The position numbers and the translations under genes were made by a program. Shown piece after piece: positions 24,401-38,518 of a stretch of 63,947 bases of DNA. The first letter of the stretch is position 1; the number at the start of each line of letters is the position of its first letter. The DNA is from Geosiphon pyriformis uo1. Its lineage: Eukaryota > Fungi > Glomeromycota. Where the stretch lies: contig JAAOMT010000176.1 in assembly GCA_016748015.1 (NCBI GenBank), positions 124,054 through 188,000 of the forward strand. The letters run 5' to 3'. The notes under the pieces are model-generated. The model was not told where the DNA came from. It worked only from the letters and a program-made list of their open reading frames with translations, and ran no database searches.

Positions 24401-26080
24401 TTGGAAGGAAAATTAACTGTACTTATTGTTTTTTCTAATGCTTTAGGCATTTTTGGGCATTTATTTATCATAAATTTTTGAATTTGCAGGTTTTAGGTTG
24501 GATTTCTTTGAATTTTTTGCAGTTTTCTATTAAGTTGTATGTTAGTTCAATAAACAATTTTTTGGCTAAAGTGGTAAAACTTTTTTTGGATAATAAGTTG
24601 TTTCTAATAAACAATTTATTCAATGTATTTCATAGTTCTAATAAGTTTTCTATATTAATTGTTTTGGAAAAGACCTTGTATCTTAGTTCTATTAGTTCTT
24701 TAAAGCAATTTGGGATTGTATTTTATGATAGATTTTTAGATAAAAAAGACAATGTAATAGACTGAAAAACTTTTTGCCAATTGAAGAAATTGAATTCCAA
24801 AAATTTTGTGTCTTATTGGTTCAAACTTGCATCAAAGTTTTTGCACAATAAAGATTCTGTGTTGATTGATTTTGCTAAAATTAATCAGTTATTTGGCTTA
24901 AAAATTTTGGAATCTAAAAAAATTTCTGATGTATAAGATTGTTTACATAAGATTTGGTCTAATGTAATTAAAGTTTATATTAATGGATCTTTGAAAAATG
25001 CTGGCTTTGTTAATATTATTAGTGGAACAGCTGCTTATTTTCTAATTATAGATATAGATATTGGTATTAAAATACATAGGCTTTTGTCTTCTACTATGGC
25101 CAAATTACAGGCTGTTGCTTTGTTATTAAAGCGTATTCTATCTTTCTGTATAGTTGTTTTGTATCTGAACAATTAGGCTGCTATTAATATATGTGTGTTT
25201 GAAATAGTGTTTGCTGTATCTGCTTTTTATAATCAATGTTAAATAGAAAGAAGACACATTACTAATCTAATTTAAAATAAGAATCTCATTATAAGTTAAA
25301 AGTTATTTCAGAATTTCTGAAAATATAAAGACTAATGTGATAGTAAATAAGACTGCTTATTCTTATTTTTCTTTGCCAAAGAGGTACAAAAATGGTTTTT
25401 GGTGGCTGAAAACACAGCTGTATTTGACAACATCCATTATTTTGTTCAGAATTTATTTAAGTCTGTTTGTCAAATTCAATAGGAAGTTAGTTTTGATCAT
25501 AATATAATTCTGTATATGCTAATCAAAAAAGTGAATTATATGGCTACTGCAAAAGTTTGGCATTTTGATTTGCATATGTTCTTTGGATTTACTAGTAGAA
25601 AATTTGCCAATCTATACATATACTTAATAAAAACTATGCATAAATAGTTGCCAATAGTAGTTAAAAAAAGATTGTATAATAAAAAATATCCTAGTGTATT
25701 GTGTTTACTGTATAATAAGGTGAAGTTGTCTGATCATGTCTTCATCTGTGTTCAAAATATTTGTGGTTGAAAAAATTTTTGGTTAAAGCTTCTGTTTGAT
25801 AAATTGCTTTAATAGGTGTTTATGATCTGTTTTTTTTTGCTGTTTTGTAAACTTTTTTTAAATATTCTTTGGATATGAATCTATACAGAATAGTTTGTAA
25901 AGGGTTTGTGTTAAAAAATTAGTGTTCAAAAACTGTTGAGATTTTTAATAGAAGGAATAAAGCTATCTTTACTGTTATTAAATATGTAAGACATTTGGTG
26001 AAATTACATTGTACTAAGAAATAACTGACAAGATCCAGTTATAAGATGAATATAAAAAAGACTAGATTAGTTGAAAATAA
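21490..26080 (+). mobile_element. Degenerate non-LTR retrotransposon (LINE) ORF2: APE-RT-RNase H-CCHC
   Basis: Decayed motifs WKFATCNIR (~21595), ILDENFN, INYIFVS, FDTNHK (APE); MHKAYDLV, LLWRIFYDPLL, FVNDIIW (RT); VYINGSL (RNase H); CLL...DHVFIC; continues at 38519. Confidence 0.85.
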
Positions 26081-26999
26081 TGTTACTAGGTAAAAGCTAC
26101 GGATTTGTAACTTCTTAACAATGACAATAACTTTCACTTGGAATACACATTACCATGATTATACTATTGACTATAGCATATCATGGGTGTATGAACTATT
26201 TCAGTAGGTGGGAAAGCAAAAAAAGGTACATGATAAGGTCATTAAAAGTAAAAAAAAGTATTGTCATTATTATTTGTTTTTGGGCAAGAACCAGTCTTAG
26301 GTATTTAAAAAGGGGAAAAGAGAAGTTACATCTCTTTATATGTATCAAAAACACAACCAGCAACAAAGAGAAACCAAAACTACTTAAGAAAATCATAACC
26401 AGAATTCTTTCAATTAGTCATTGAAAGGGTGTGGTGTTTAAATGCCCACTTTGAAAATGAAGTTATAAGAATTATAAAAGGAATTATGAAAGTCAAACAT
26501 AACTAAAATAGATTTTGCTTAAACTTTTTATTGTTGAGACCACTCTCTAACAATGTGATACTTTATTACTTATTTTTAGATTTAACAACTTGTTTGGTAA
26601 AACAAAACTTAATGTGAAATAGTGATAATACATGATTTAAAAGATTGGAAGTAATAGAACAACTTGAAATGGTAATAACAAGTAGGTAAAAGATTATAAA
26701 CAACATGATTCCAAATGGTAATAAGGAATATGGGAAGGCATACTTGAAATTGTGATAACAAGTATTTAGAGCATAGGAAAGAAGAAGAAAAGAGTAAAAA
26801 ATAAAAGAGAGAACTAACTGCTTACTATAAAACTATAGTGAAGAGTTGGCTCAGTATTGAACTGATACTTTTCTGAGCTGACAGAGGGGCTGTATATATA
26901 GCTAAATTACATTAGATCTACATACTATATTAGAACTATTTAAAATACATCAATTATTTATATACATTTAATTAATTAATTTATGATGAACTTACTTGG

Positions 27000-27706
27000 T
27001 GTTACTTATAGAAATATAGGGAATAGAGATTAGCATAGTTATTAGCCAATTAGAAGTAGACATAGTAAAATATGGAATTCCAGGATTCCTCTCAAGAATT
27101 GCAGGATTCCAGGAATTACAAAATCCTCTCAAAGGAATTGCAGGATTTCAGTTGTGGAGAATTGAGGAATTGAGAAATCTCAATTATGTATCAACACTTT
27201 ATGTTGATAGTAATTGATACTTAACCACACTGGAACAATAGCTCTTGATCACAGCTATTAACGGAATACTATCTTGCAAAATCACTTTAGCTTATTTCTT
27301 TTCTTTCTTTATTTTCTTTCTTTTCTTTATTTTCTGCTTTGATTTTATTGTTGTTTACTAACTCTATTAAGGATTAACACGTGGGCACTGACATCAGAAT
27401 AAACATGACTGGTAAAAGACCCAGAGATAAGAATAGAACACTTAATTGAGAATAGCTTACCAGGAGGAATACCAGCCATCAAGCTGAAAAAAAAATTGAC
27501 AAAACTGTGGTTTCGGAAAGCTACAGATAAAACTATTATCATTGAATCTCTGTCCATTATACAAAAAACTCCACAACAAAACCTTCAGTTCAACCAAAAC
27601 CTTCAGATAACAATATCTTCAGATATTATTAACAACATTATATCAATTGAGCACCAAGTTATGGGTTTGTTATTTGATTTGAGACCCCAAATAATCAACT
27701 ATAACA
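27000..27706 (+). repeat. 5' LTR of element E (707 bp, internal deletion)
   Basis: Colinear with 37184-38014 except for a ~124-bp deletion. Confidence 0.92.
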
Positions 27707-27769
27707 TTTGGTGCTTCCTGTGAGGTATAAGCCTACAGAGAACCAGCACCAATAACACATCATCCAAAC

Positions 27770-30700
27770 ATGGCAGAACCAGAAATTATAGGAGCCAACC
27801 ACTTAGAATTTGCCAAGTCCTTGTTTCAACAATACAACCAACAATTAGGATTAAACAGTAATCACTACTCAGCTGAATCAGCCTTCAACTTCTACATCAA
27901 TAATAAAATTACTGCCTATTTAGGAAGAACAGTAAACATTGAATCAGCCAGAGAAAACTTTTATACAGAACTGTTTCAACATACCAGCTTACCAAGGAAC
28001 TATAGTTTTACACCAATCATCAGAGAGATTAATCAAAATATTGAAAGATATGTACAGCAACAATTCCTCATTACCTACACAAACAAAAATAAAGGAAAAA
28101 TACAAACACCAGCAGCAACACCAAAAGGAATACAGTTACCTAATTGGAAAAAACACAGAATAGAATTACCAACCGCTCCATCATATTACTACACACCTGA
28201 AAGCTCCATCAACATTTCATCAGCAGACGCGTCCACATTAAACACGACATTAACATTTAGAAGATTGCAGTTCCAAAGCAAACAACGAAAAGAAGACTTA
28301 CTAGAACCATATGGCGCGTATTTTGAAGGATTTAAATCATGATCCCCAATGCCATCAGGAATTCAATTACTGCTACCCCAACCAAATTTCGGAACCACTA
28401 CTCTGTGGGAATTATCAGAGGAAGAAGAAGAAGGAAATAAAAATCAAGAATTCACTTACCAAAACCTGATCTCAGAAAACTCAGAATTTGGAACTCCGAA
28501 CGTTCAAACTCCATGAAATCCAAGTTTGAAAAATCCGGAAATTGAAACTCTGAATATCTAAACACCACTGAATCAAAACAATCCAAACCCTGAAATAATT
28601 AATCAGCAGAACTTACCTCCAGTAATTGTTATTGACCAACTGCCAATTAATCCAATAGCCAAGCCCATACAGCAGTCATTTCAACTACCACCCCAACAAC
28701 CAGTACAACAACAACTGCTTCAACAGCCACCACAATAACCCAACTTAGATCCAATAACTTACACACCAATTGCAAAACTTGACAACTTTACCGGCAAAGA
28801 GGATGACACACAAGTATGACTGAATAATGTAGAGAAAGCCATTACTGCGAACAGATGGAATAAGGCCTGAGCACTTCAAGCCATATCCTATTTTCTTAAG
28901 GATACAGCGAACTCATGGTATTAAAGCCTGGTTGACAAACCCCAAGATTTCAACATCTTCAAACTGGAATTTTTGAGATACTTTAGCAATAACAACAGCA
29001 TCAACAGATTAACCAACACTTTCACCACAATTAAACAAGGAGAAACTGAAGCAGTTATCACATATTTGGGACACTTCCATAGAAATCTGCAACAAATTCA
29101 AGCAATTGATGCTAATTATTTTACAGTGCCACAAATTCTCAATCAATTCATCTGTGGTCTACACAGTAGCATCCTGCAACATATACACCCATTGCATCCA
29201 GCCACTCTCCAGGATGCAGTCACACATGTCAAAGATTTTGAATCTGCCGAATTAGAAGCCAATCACATCCATGCCATAAACCTAGTGATGAATGGATCAT
29301 CTGAATTGAATTCCAAATTAAAACAATTCAATAATTCAATTAATTAGAAATTAGAGGGATACTTAGCTGACAATTGCACAATTTATCAACCACCACAACA
29401 ACGCAATAATCCAGAAAACACAAATTGTTTTCAAAATCAGTTGTGTTCATTATCATCATTAGCAGCACCTAATCAGCAGTGGCAGCCAGAAACGTGTGTT
29501 TGTCACAACTGTGGTAAACAAGAACACATAAGAGCAGACTGCAGATTTTATAACAACAATCCACGATCGGAAAATCAATATCGAAATTTCAATTGCAGAT
29601 TTCAAACTCTGAATTGTTATCCAAATCAAGATCAAACTATTTACCTACCAATAATGCAGTTACAAATCTATCAACCACCAGTATATCAAACTCCAGTCTA
29701 TCAAACACCTGCAATCTATCAATCACAGCCACAAGTAATTTATCAGCCGTAACTTCAAGTCATTTATTAACCCCAACCACAAATTCAAACACCGCCACAA
29801 AACTTGCCTCAAAACGGAATCCAAAAGCTAAAAATGATACAACAAAACTGGCAATCGGCAATAGTAGTCCACCAACTGATTCCCAGTTTGTCAAACCAGC
29901 AAACAGGATCTCCTCAGCAGAATTCAGGTATTGGTGCCACCCAAAACCCAAATTCTCAGAACTATTTAAGTTTTCTGGTTACTCCAGAAGATGCTCAATC
30001 CAAGGACCTGGAAACCAACCTCCAATTAACATTTACCAGCAATATCTCACCAACCACTGTTACAGAAGACGAGTCACTTGTAGCCATATTTCCATTTGAA
30101 ATTGAGGAACCATCAGAAGTTCTTTTGTTTAGTGAAGCCACTATTAAGGAAAAACCCATCATGGCGATGTACACTGATGCCAAAATTGATGGCTATTCTA
30201 TTAAGCTCATTCTGAATAGATGGTCAGCAGGCAGCATTATCACATGACAACTCATGAACCAATTAGATCACCAAGTTGATCATGTTGCCAGCACCAGAAT
30301 TATAATAGCCGATGAAGCAACCAAAACTCCTATTGGCGAGATTAACAATCTACTCATTGAAATTAACGGCATCACTGTACCAATCAAGGTACTAGTAATG
30401 GAAGCAACACAGTACCAAGCTCTTGTTGGCAATGACTGGTTGTTCAAGACCAACGCAATGCTCGACTGGAATACACAGGAACTCCAACTCAGCCAAAATA
30501 GCCAATACACACAAGTACCAGTCATGTGTGGCCATTTTAAACCAAACAATGTCACGTCATCAATGCTGCTTATCAATTTCGAAGAAAAAAAACCAAAGCC
30601 TACTTGGAAAGCGTACCAAGTATTATGGGCTAACATTGAACACAACAAGCTACCACCAATTCTAGACTGGGAAGAAAAGAACAATGTAAAAGGAAAAGGA

Positions 30701-33700
30701 ACAGAAACAGAAAAACATATCTGGGAGACCACTATCAATGCCTAAAACAATAACAATGAAAGCGAAGCAATGCCAACCAACTGGGAAGAAAAAGGGAAAG
30801 GAAAGAAAAAAGAAGAAGACTTACCTGAAAAAGCTGATGAAGCCACAGAGAAAATAACCAGTGGCTGGAAAAGAAAATACTTATGTGAGCCAGTGAAGGA
30901 GCCACCTTATATTCCCTTAAAATGTTAGGACTGTAAGAAAAAACTCTCTTTTATGGAAGCATGGATCACGCCAAATGAAGACTACTGAACACGAACCCAC
31001 TACTACTGCAAACTATGCCATAGAGAACATTATGGTTACCCAAAATGACTAGACAAGTGGGACAACAAACCATGTCTTGCTTGTGGCCAACAGTTACTCA
31101 ATGAAGGAATGTGGAATAACATTCCTGGTCGAGGAGGAATGTGCGACACTTCGTGCCAATACACAATCCTCATCAGCGATTGGGTGAGTCGCGGCATGCC
31201 AATAACAGCCACCTGGCACCAAACAATCTCTTGCTTAGAAGGTTATCCACACGACAAAGATGAAATCTGGCGAATGGCCAATGCCAAAGTGGAAGGTGCT
31301 TCGCCCAGTAAAATTCTGGAGATCAAAAACAACCCTCCAGAACCAACAAACATTGTTTTGGTTCTCAACCTGGATGCCTTTCTTAACTTAGAAAACAGCC
31401 CAGAAGAATTTCATGAACATTATTAGAACTTAACACCCACCAGAAAAGAGCAGGAACAAAGATTAGAAGAAATAAACACCCAACTATGTGACCACTGTTT
31501 GATCCCATGTAACTTCCAGTATTGTAATGAGTGTGACCTTATTTACAATCTACCACCATGCATGATCTACACAATTCCTGAAAAGGAAAAACCAATCAGC
31601 AGCTGTGCATCAGAATCAGAATCAATTTTCAATCCCAATTCAAACTCTGACAAGGACGACGACAAAAACACCAGTTCCAACTCCATTCAAAATGGAATTA
31701 ACAATGACAACAATTCCAACTCAGATTTAAACTCCGATTTAACCTACGAACAATATATCGTGCTCTCTGACCTCACTAAGAAGCAGGAACTTAAATGGTT
31801 CAGTGATAACAACAAAGGTATTATGCCAGAACACATGCATGATATGGATGCCAGATTTGATCTGAGATATCCCAGAAAAGAGCCCATCAAATTGAAATCA
31901 CTGTTGCATACCTGCATTAATCTGAAAGTAGCTTTAGAAATTCCAGCAACAACAATAGTTCAACTAGCATCCAGGAGTAGTTTAGCGAAAAGAGAAATAA
32001 ACATAAGAGAAGGAATAATTAATGTGAAATATGTAGGAAATATCATCATTATGTTACAAAATGATTCAGAAAAGGCCTATATAATAGAGTCAAATGAAAA
32101 GATAGCACAGGCAATATTCTTACCATTGGTTAAAATAGCTTAGTTAGTACTAGTGAGAAATAGGGAAGAGTTAGGAATAACAGCAAGAGAAATACAGGGA
32201 TTTGGGTCAACAGGTAGAATAGATGTACCAGTTAATATGGTGGAGAAAAAAATTGTTGGCCAAGAAAAAATTATCTCAATCGGTCAAGCAATTTCCATTC
32301 TACCATATGATCAATACATGGTAGAAATAGAAAGGAAGGTGAAAGATCAAAACCAAATTTTTGAAGCAGAAGCAAGTCTTTGCAAGTCAGGAGAGATTGG
32401 ACTTATCAATCTTTACATACCAGCCAAAAATTATAGCTGCATAAAAATTCTCATCTACAATAATACTGGAAGTGTCATCCAGATACCAGAAAGAACCACT
32501 ATTGGATATTTGACTACAGAAATAGAAGATCAACCACCAAGCACCATTCCAGACTTTTCACAGCTTTGTGGATATGTTGATATCATATCACAAACAATAT
32601 ACAGACAAAGCAAATATTATTTGCTCCAACCAGAACAATTGGAACAAATAAACATGGGAAACTTAGATTCACTTCAATGTATGCAGCTCAAGATGTTGCT
32701 CAACCAGTTCAATGACATCTTTGCCAGCAAAAATAAGTTTGGCCAAACTGACATCATCCAGCATCAAATCAAGACTGGAGATACAATGCCAATTAAACAA
32801 AGAGCATACAGAGTACTACCAACCAGCCACAAGATTATTCATCAAGAGATAAACCAAATGCTTGACAATGGGCTAATCCAACCATCAATGAGCCTCTGGT
32901 CATTACCAGTGGTACTTGTCCATAAGAAAAATGACAAAATCTGATTTTGTGTGGACTACAGGAAACTCAATAGTGTAACTCATGTAGACAGCTATCTAAC
33001 TCCACAAATACAGGAATTATTCGACACTTTCGGCAAGAACAAATGGTTCTCAACATTAGACTTGGACAGTGGTTACTGGCAAGTAGCCATGGATCCAGCC
33101 GACAAAGAAAAAATGGCATTTACCACTAGAGAAGGAAATTTCAAATTTGAAGTGATGCCATTTGGCTTAACCAATGTTCCAGCCACTTTCCAATGGTTAA
33201 TAGAAATTGTGTATACCAGCTTACTATGGAAATCAGTAGTTGTCTACTTAAACGACACCAACATATTCTCAAAGACATTTAATGATCATCTACATCATCT
33301 ACAGCAAGTGTTCAAAAGACTAAGAAGAGCAGGACTAAAGTTAAATGCAACAAAGTGCTTCTTCGGCAAGACAGAACTAAAATTTTTGGGACACATAGTC
33401 AGCAAAGATGGTGTTACTGAAGGTTTTTGGTCTCTTTTTTGTAATGTTGTTGATGCCTGTTTGCTGTGAATTCACGTTTTCTAGATGTGGTTGAATCTTC
33501 AGTAACTGAATTTATCTTCAAATTATCTTCTATAGTTTGAACTACTGGGCTTATAAGTGGAATGACCAATTTTTTGCCAGTTACTTTATGTAGTTACATT
33601 GTAGTAAATGTCAACTCTTTCCCAAAAATTGCTTGTCTGGAAGCTCACTAAAAAATGTGTAGTTACTTTGCTGTGAAAGTCAACTCTTCTACAGCAATCT

Positions 33701-35042
33701 TGTCTGTAGGCTATCTTGATGATTATAATAAGAAAAGAAAAGAAAAATAAAAGAAGTGTAAAAAGAAAAGAAAAAAATGTTTTATGAAAGTCATTTCAGA
33801 TCCAGGCCTGGAAGCATTTTAACAGTTTACTGAAATTGGTAACTAGTCAATTTCAAACTGTTTAGTAGAAATTGGTTAATTTCAAGAGAAATAATTAAGA
33901 ATTTGATTTTTTGAATTATTTGATATTTATTTTGTTTCTGTGTGTAAAGAATGATTCTAATTGATAAATTTGAGGTAAGATAAGATATATTTTCTTGAAG
34001 AGAGAAGCTCTTCTTTTATACAATTTGTTGTAACACTATTCTATGAACTTGAACTTTGCTATTTTCTACAATTTTGCTGAACTAAAAATACATTTTAGCA
34101 AACTACAAGTTATTTCTGTGAACTATTAGATATTTTGGTGAACTATCAATTATTTCTACAAATTTCTACAAATTTCGGCAAACTTTTTGAATGTTATATA
34201 GTTCGGAGTATTACATGATTAATCATTGCAATTAGGTTACATTTGTGTTATGTACAAATTGAGTTATTAATTAAATGATAATTTCAGACATTTTGCTAAT
34301 ATAATAAGTAATAATTTGAAATGATAATATATGCTAATTAATGATAGAAATTATAAAGATAATTTCATGCTAAATAATATCTCTAATTTTGTCTGGTAAC
34401 AAAGGCATCAAAATAGATCCAGAGAAAATAGAAATAGTAAAGAACTTTCCAGTGCTGACCAATATGACAGAACTGAAATCATTCTTGGGATTCACCAGTT
34501 ATTACTGATGTTTTATCAAGAACTTTTCCAAAATAGCACAGCCACTCAACTAACTGCAAACCAAGAATACAAAATATAAATGGACAGAAATTCAACAAGA
34601 AGCTTTTGATATTTTGAAAAAAAAGCTCATTCAAGCTTCAGTACTGATCTATCCAGATCACAGCAAACCATTCATCATTACCACCAATACATCCAGCCAA
34701 GCATTGGGAGCAGTACTATTTCAGAGAGGACCAAATGGCAGAGAACATCCAGTAGCATATGCCAGCCAAGATCTAACACCAGCTGAAAAAAACTATGGAA
34801 CACCAGAACAAAAACACTTAGCAATCTATTGGGCAGTCATGAAATGGAACAAATACTTGAGCCAAAAGTTTGATATATACACAGATCATAAAGGATTAAC
34901 ATCACTTCAAAAGCAAAAATGTGATGATGGCCACCAATCCAGATGGAAAATGGCACTCTCACAATATACTTATACTATACACTATAAGAAAGAAAAAGAC
35001 AATGGAAATGCTAACAGTTTGTTGCGAATAAGACAAATCTAA
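27770..35042 (+). pseudogene. Element E polyprotein N-ext-Gag-CCHC-PR-Cys-dUT-RT-RH (~2090 codons without the inserted LTR)
   Basis: ORF pieces starting 27770, 28973, 29441, 29804, 30254, 31109, 31499, 32153 and 32951 are all in one frame; 34614 is in frame once the 994-nt insertion is removed; CHNCGKQEH knuckle. Confidence 0.92.
33412..34401 (-). repeat. Solo LTR of family B inserted in the RT of element E
   Basis: Reverse-complement homology to 10265-11095; TSD ATGG/AAGG; splits the KDG|IK codons. Confidence 0.92.
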
Positions 35043-35105
35043 AAACATTTCAAACCCAAAAATATAACAAAACCAGAACAATACCAACGAAAAATACAAC
35101 AAAAG

Positions 35106-36482
35106 ATGAACATACAAAAATATTAACAACTTTAACATTATATAACCATTCAACAATTCAGGGAGAATTTATCTCAAACAAAATGAAAGAGTATCAAACA
35201 ACAATTAAAATATTTTATCACTTACCAAAATATACTTTATTGGAAGAACTGAAAAAATTCAGATCAACCAACCAAAGTAATTACAGAGCCAGAAAAAGAG
35301 ATAATATTATTCAACATGCACTCAAATCCAACAGCAGGACATTTTCACAAAGAAGCAACCATAGAAAAAACCAGAAAAAAATACTATTGGCCATCAATGT
35401 ATTCAGACATCATTTAATATGTTCAAAATTGTGATACTTGTCAGCAAAGAGGAGGAACAAGATCTAGTAAACCATTAAAACCAATCAAAGTGAGACAATC
35501 ATTTAACCGTATTGAAATTGATTTAGTCAAACCATTAACATTCACCAGCAGAGGAAACAGATACATAGCAGTAGCTATGGACTATCTCACTAAATAGCCA
35601 GAGGCAAAAGCAATTCAAAAAGCAGATGCAGAATCCGTTGCCAAATTCATTTATTAGGATTTGATTTGTCGACATGGATGTCCAAAAGAATTATTATCAG
35701 ACCAAGAAACTCATTTTGTGAACAGAACATTAACAGAATTGAGCCAAAGATTCGGAATTAAGAGACCATTATCATTACCATACCATCCACAAACTAATGG
35801 ATTAATCAAAAGATTCAATAGAACATTGTGTGAAGTAATAGTTAAGCTCAGCCAAGAAAACCAGAATGATTGGGATTTGTTCATACTATCAGTACTATTT
35901 GCTTATCAGACAATAAAACAAGATACTACACAAGCAACACCATTTGAATTAGTGTATGGGAGAACAGCAATGTTACCAGTAGAGAGAGAAATTAATACAT
36001 ATTCAGCTGAACCAATAACAGAAGAAAATTTTCAAGAAACATTGCTAAGAAGAACATATGACTTAATGGAAACATTGAAAAACAAACAAAGAAGAGCAGC
36101 TGATAATATTCAAAAGTCACAAGAAAAACAGAAAGAAAGACACAATAGTCAACTATCAGACAAACCAGTTAAATTCAAGATTGGAGACAAAGTACTCTTA
36201 CATCGTACCAAAGTGAAAAAACAATGAAGTAGAAAATTCGACCCCAAATGTGATAGACCATTTCACATAGAAGAAATTCTAGGAAATGAAGCTTACAAAT
36301 TAAGACTGGATAACAAAATTTTAACTAAAGCAGCACATAGAGATTGACTAAAACCATATCACAACACCACACCACACTCCATCAATAATATTTCACAATT
36401 AGGGGTACAGAGAATACTAGTCCAACCAGATGAGATTTTATGAGATCTGGAACCAATCATTATCATTGACAACAACACGTAA
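35106..36482 (+). pseudogene. Element E integrase
   Basis: HHCC, SDQETHF, YHPQTNG; C-terminal LEPIIII matches LEPIVVI in B. Confidence 0.9.
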
Positions 36483-36540
36483 AATTGATCCATCAAAAGA
36501 ATATAAAGACATGGTAGACGTAACAGGAAATAGCAGAAAA

Positions 36541-37170
36541 ATGGAAATTACAGACAACATTCACTCACTAGCACAACAACTTTTTCAATTGATCCAACAC
36601 CAAGAAATGGAAATTACAATCAATCAACAAATCATTTGATATCAAGATATCAGAAAGACAGTACAACACAGAAGACAGAAAAAACCAAAAAATACCATTG
36701 ACAAAATCATTGCAAAAGTAAAATTGGCAATAAAAAAATCAACAAAAGAGTCAATATATCAAGAGTTAACTAAGGAAACTTGGAATTGGTGGATACAACA
36801 ATTTCCAAGAAACTATTGTTATATTTACTTGGGACAACATGTAAATATCCAAAACTTATATACAGATAAAACAAAGCGGTTATTTGATACAACAATACTA
36901 CAACAACTAGAACATTTTGTGGGGAAAAACAACTTATCCACACAAGCTCGAGTTATATACTGAATACACACGGCATTTCAGGATAGACTGGAAATATTAC
37001 TTAACAAAGCCATAGATATGGTTACCAGTAATCAATTGGGAAAAATCATCAATGCTCAATTTGAAAAATTACAGACTTAAATAACACAAGTAATTCTTGA
37101 AAATGAAATCCAGGAAATACTTCAAGAGGGGGAATTAAACAAGTTAGATTTTGACAGAGCTTAATATTAA
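36541..37170 (+). pseudogene. Element E ORF3, unknown function
   Basis: MEITDNIHSLAQQL...FPRNYCYIYLGQ...QLGKIINAQFEKL...LDFDRA*Y* in one frame; homologous to ORF3 of B. Confidence 0.75.
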
Positions 37171-37183
37171 AAGAAGAGAATAA

Positions 37184-38014
37184 TATTACTCATAAAAATA
37201 TAGGGAATAGAGATTAGCATAGTTATTAGCCAATCAAAAGTAGACATAGTAAAATGTGGAATTCCAAGATTTCTCTCAGAAATTGCAGGATTCCAGAAAT
37301 TACAGAATTCTCTCAAAGAAATTGCAAGATTTCTGTTGTGGAGAATTGAGAAATTAAGGAATCTCAATTATGTATATATAGCAGTAGGATTAGAAGCTGA
37401 AAAGACAGACCTCTCAGTTTAGATTTAATCTAAGCAACTCTCCAAATTACAATCATCTAATAAATAACTATTTGTTATCTCAAAATTCATTTCCACTATC
37501 AACACTTTATGTTGATAGTAATTGATACTTAACCACACTGGAATAATAGTTCTTGATCACAGCTATTAACGGAATACTACCTTGCAAAATCGCCTTGACT
37601 TATTTCTTTTTTTTCTTTATTTTCTTTATTTTTTTTATTTTCTGCTTTGATTTTATTGTTGTTTACTAATTTTATTGAGAATTAACATGCAAGCACTGAC
37701 ATCAAGATAAACGTAACTGGTAAAAAACCCAGAGATAAGGGTAGAACACTTAATTGAAGATAGTTTACCAGGAGGAATACCAGCCATCAAGCTGAGAAAG
37801 AAATTAACAAAACTGCGGTTTTAGGAAGCTACGAATAAAACTATTATTATTGAATCTCTGTCTATTATACAAAAAACTTTACAACAAAACCTTCAGTTCA
37901 ACCAAAATTTTCAGATAACAATATCTTCAGATATTATCAACAATATTATATCAATTGAGCACCAAGTTACGGGTTTGTTATTTGATTTGAGATCCCAAAT
38001 AATCAATTGTAACA
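37184..38014 (+). repeat. 3' LTR of element E (831 bp)
   Basis: Follows the PPT; ends TGTAACA then TSD. Confidence 0.92.
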
Positions 38015-38518
38015 TTGGTCTGTTATTCATTCAAGAGCTAGTAATTTAGATGATCAGATTTAAATGGCTGAATTTAGAACATTGATTGTAAATCAATAAT
38101 ACCAATTGTGATTATGATTAACATAATCAGAAGTAAATTAATTGATTACATTTCTTGATAACTACTTTTAACCATTGATTGCAGATCTGGAATGTTAGAT
38201 TGTTCCAATAAGGGCATATGAGAATTTTAGAGCATAACAAAATCTGTTGTTATCTGATTACATACGTTAATCATTCATTTCCATTGGTGTTTCTTAGTTT
38301 GCCAAGATTTTTTTGTATCCAACTTAGTTAAACTGTTGAATTGTGCCATATTTCTTTGTTGTAATTGAATTGATTGCTGATCATTTATTTTCAAATTGCC
38401 AGCTGATTTTGTTGATTAAGTGTGATGATGTAGGTCTTTTTTACATGATTTTGATGTTAATTTTCATTATATGTGTTGTAATTTTTGCATTGAAAAGTGT
38501 AAAAATCTTCTGGTAACA

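Larger units (their letters stand above)
27000..38014 (+). mobile_element. Full-length Ty3/Gypsy element E with dUTPase, separate IN and ORF3
   Basis: LTRs 27000-27706 and 37184-38014; perfect TSD TTGG (26996-26999/38015-38018); PBS 27709-27725; PPT ~37169-37183. Confidence 0.95.
26081..38518. repeat. Solo LTR F (~1.4 kb: 26081-26999 plus 38019-38518), split by element E
   Basis: TGTTACTAG...CTGGTAACA ends; flanks ATAA/ATAG (4-bp TSD, 1 mismatch); LINE sequence resumes on both sides; no internal domains. Confidence 0.75.
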
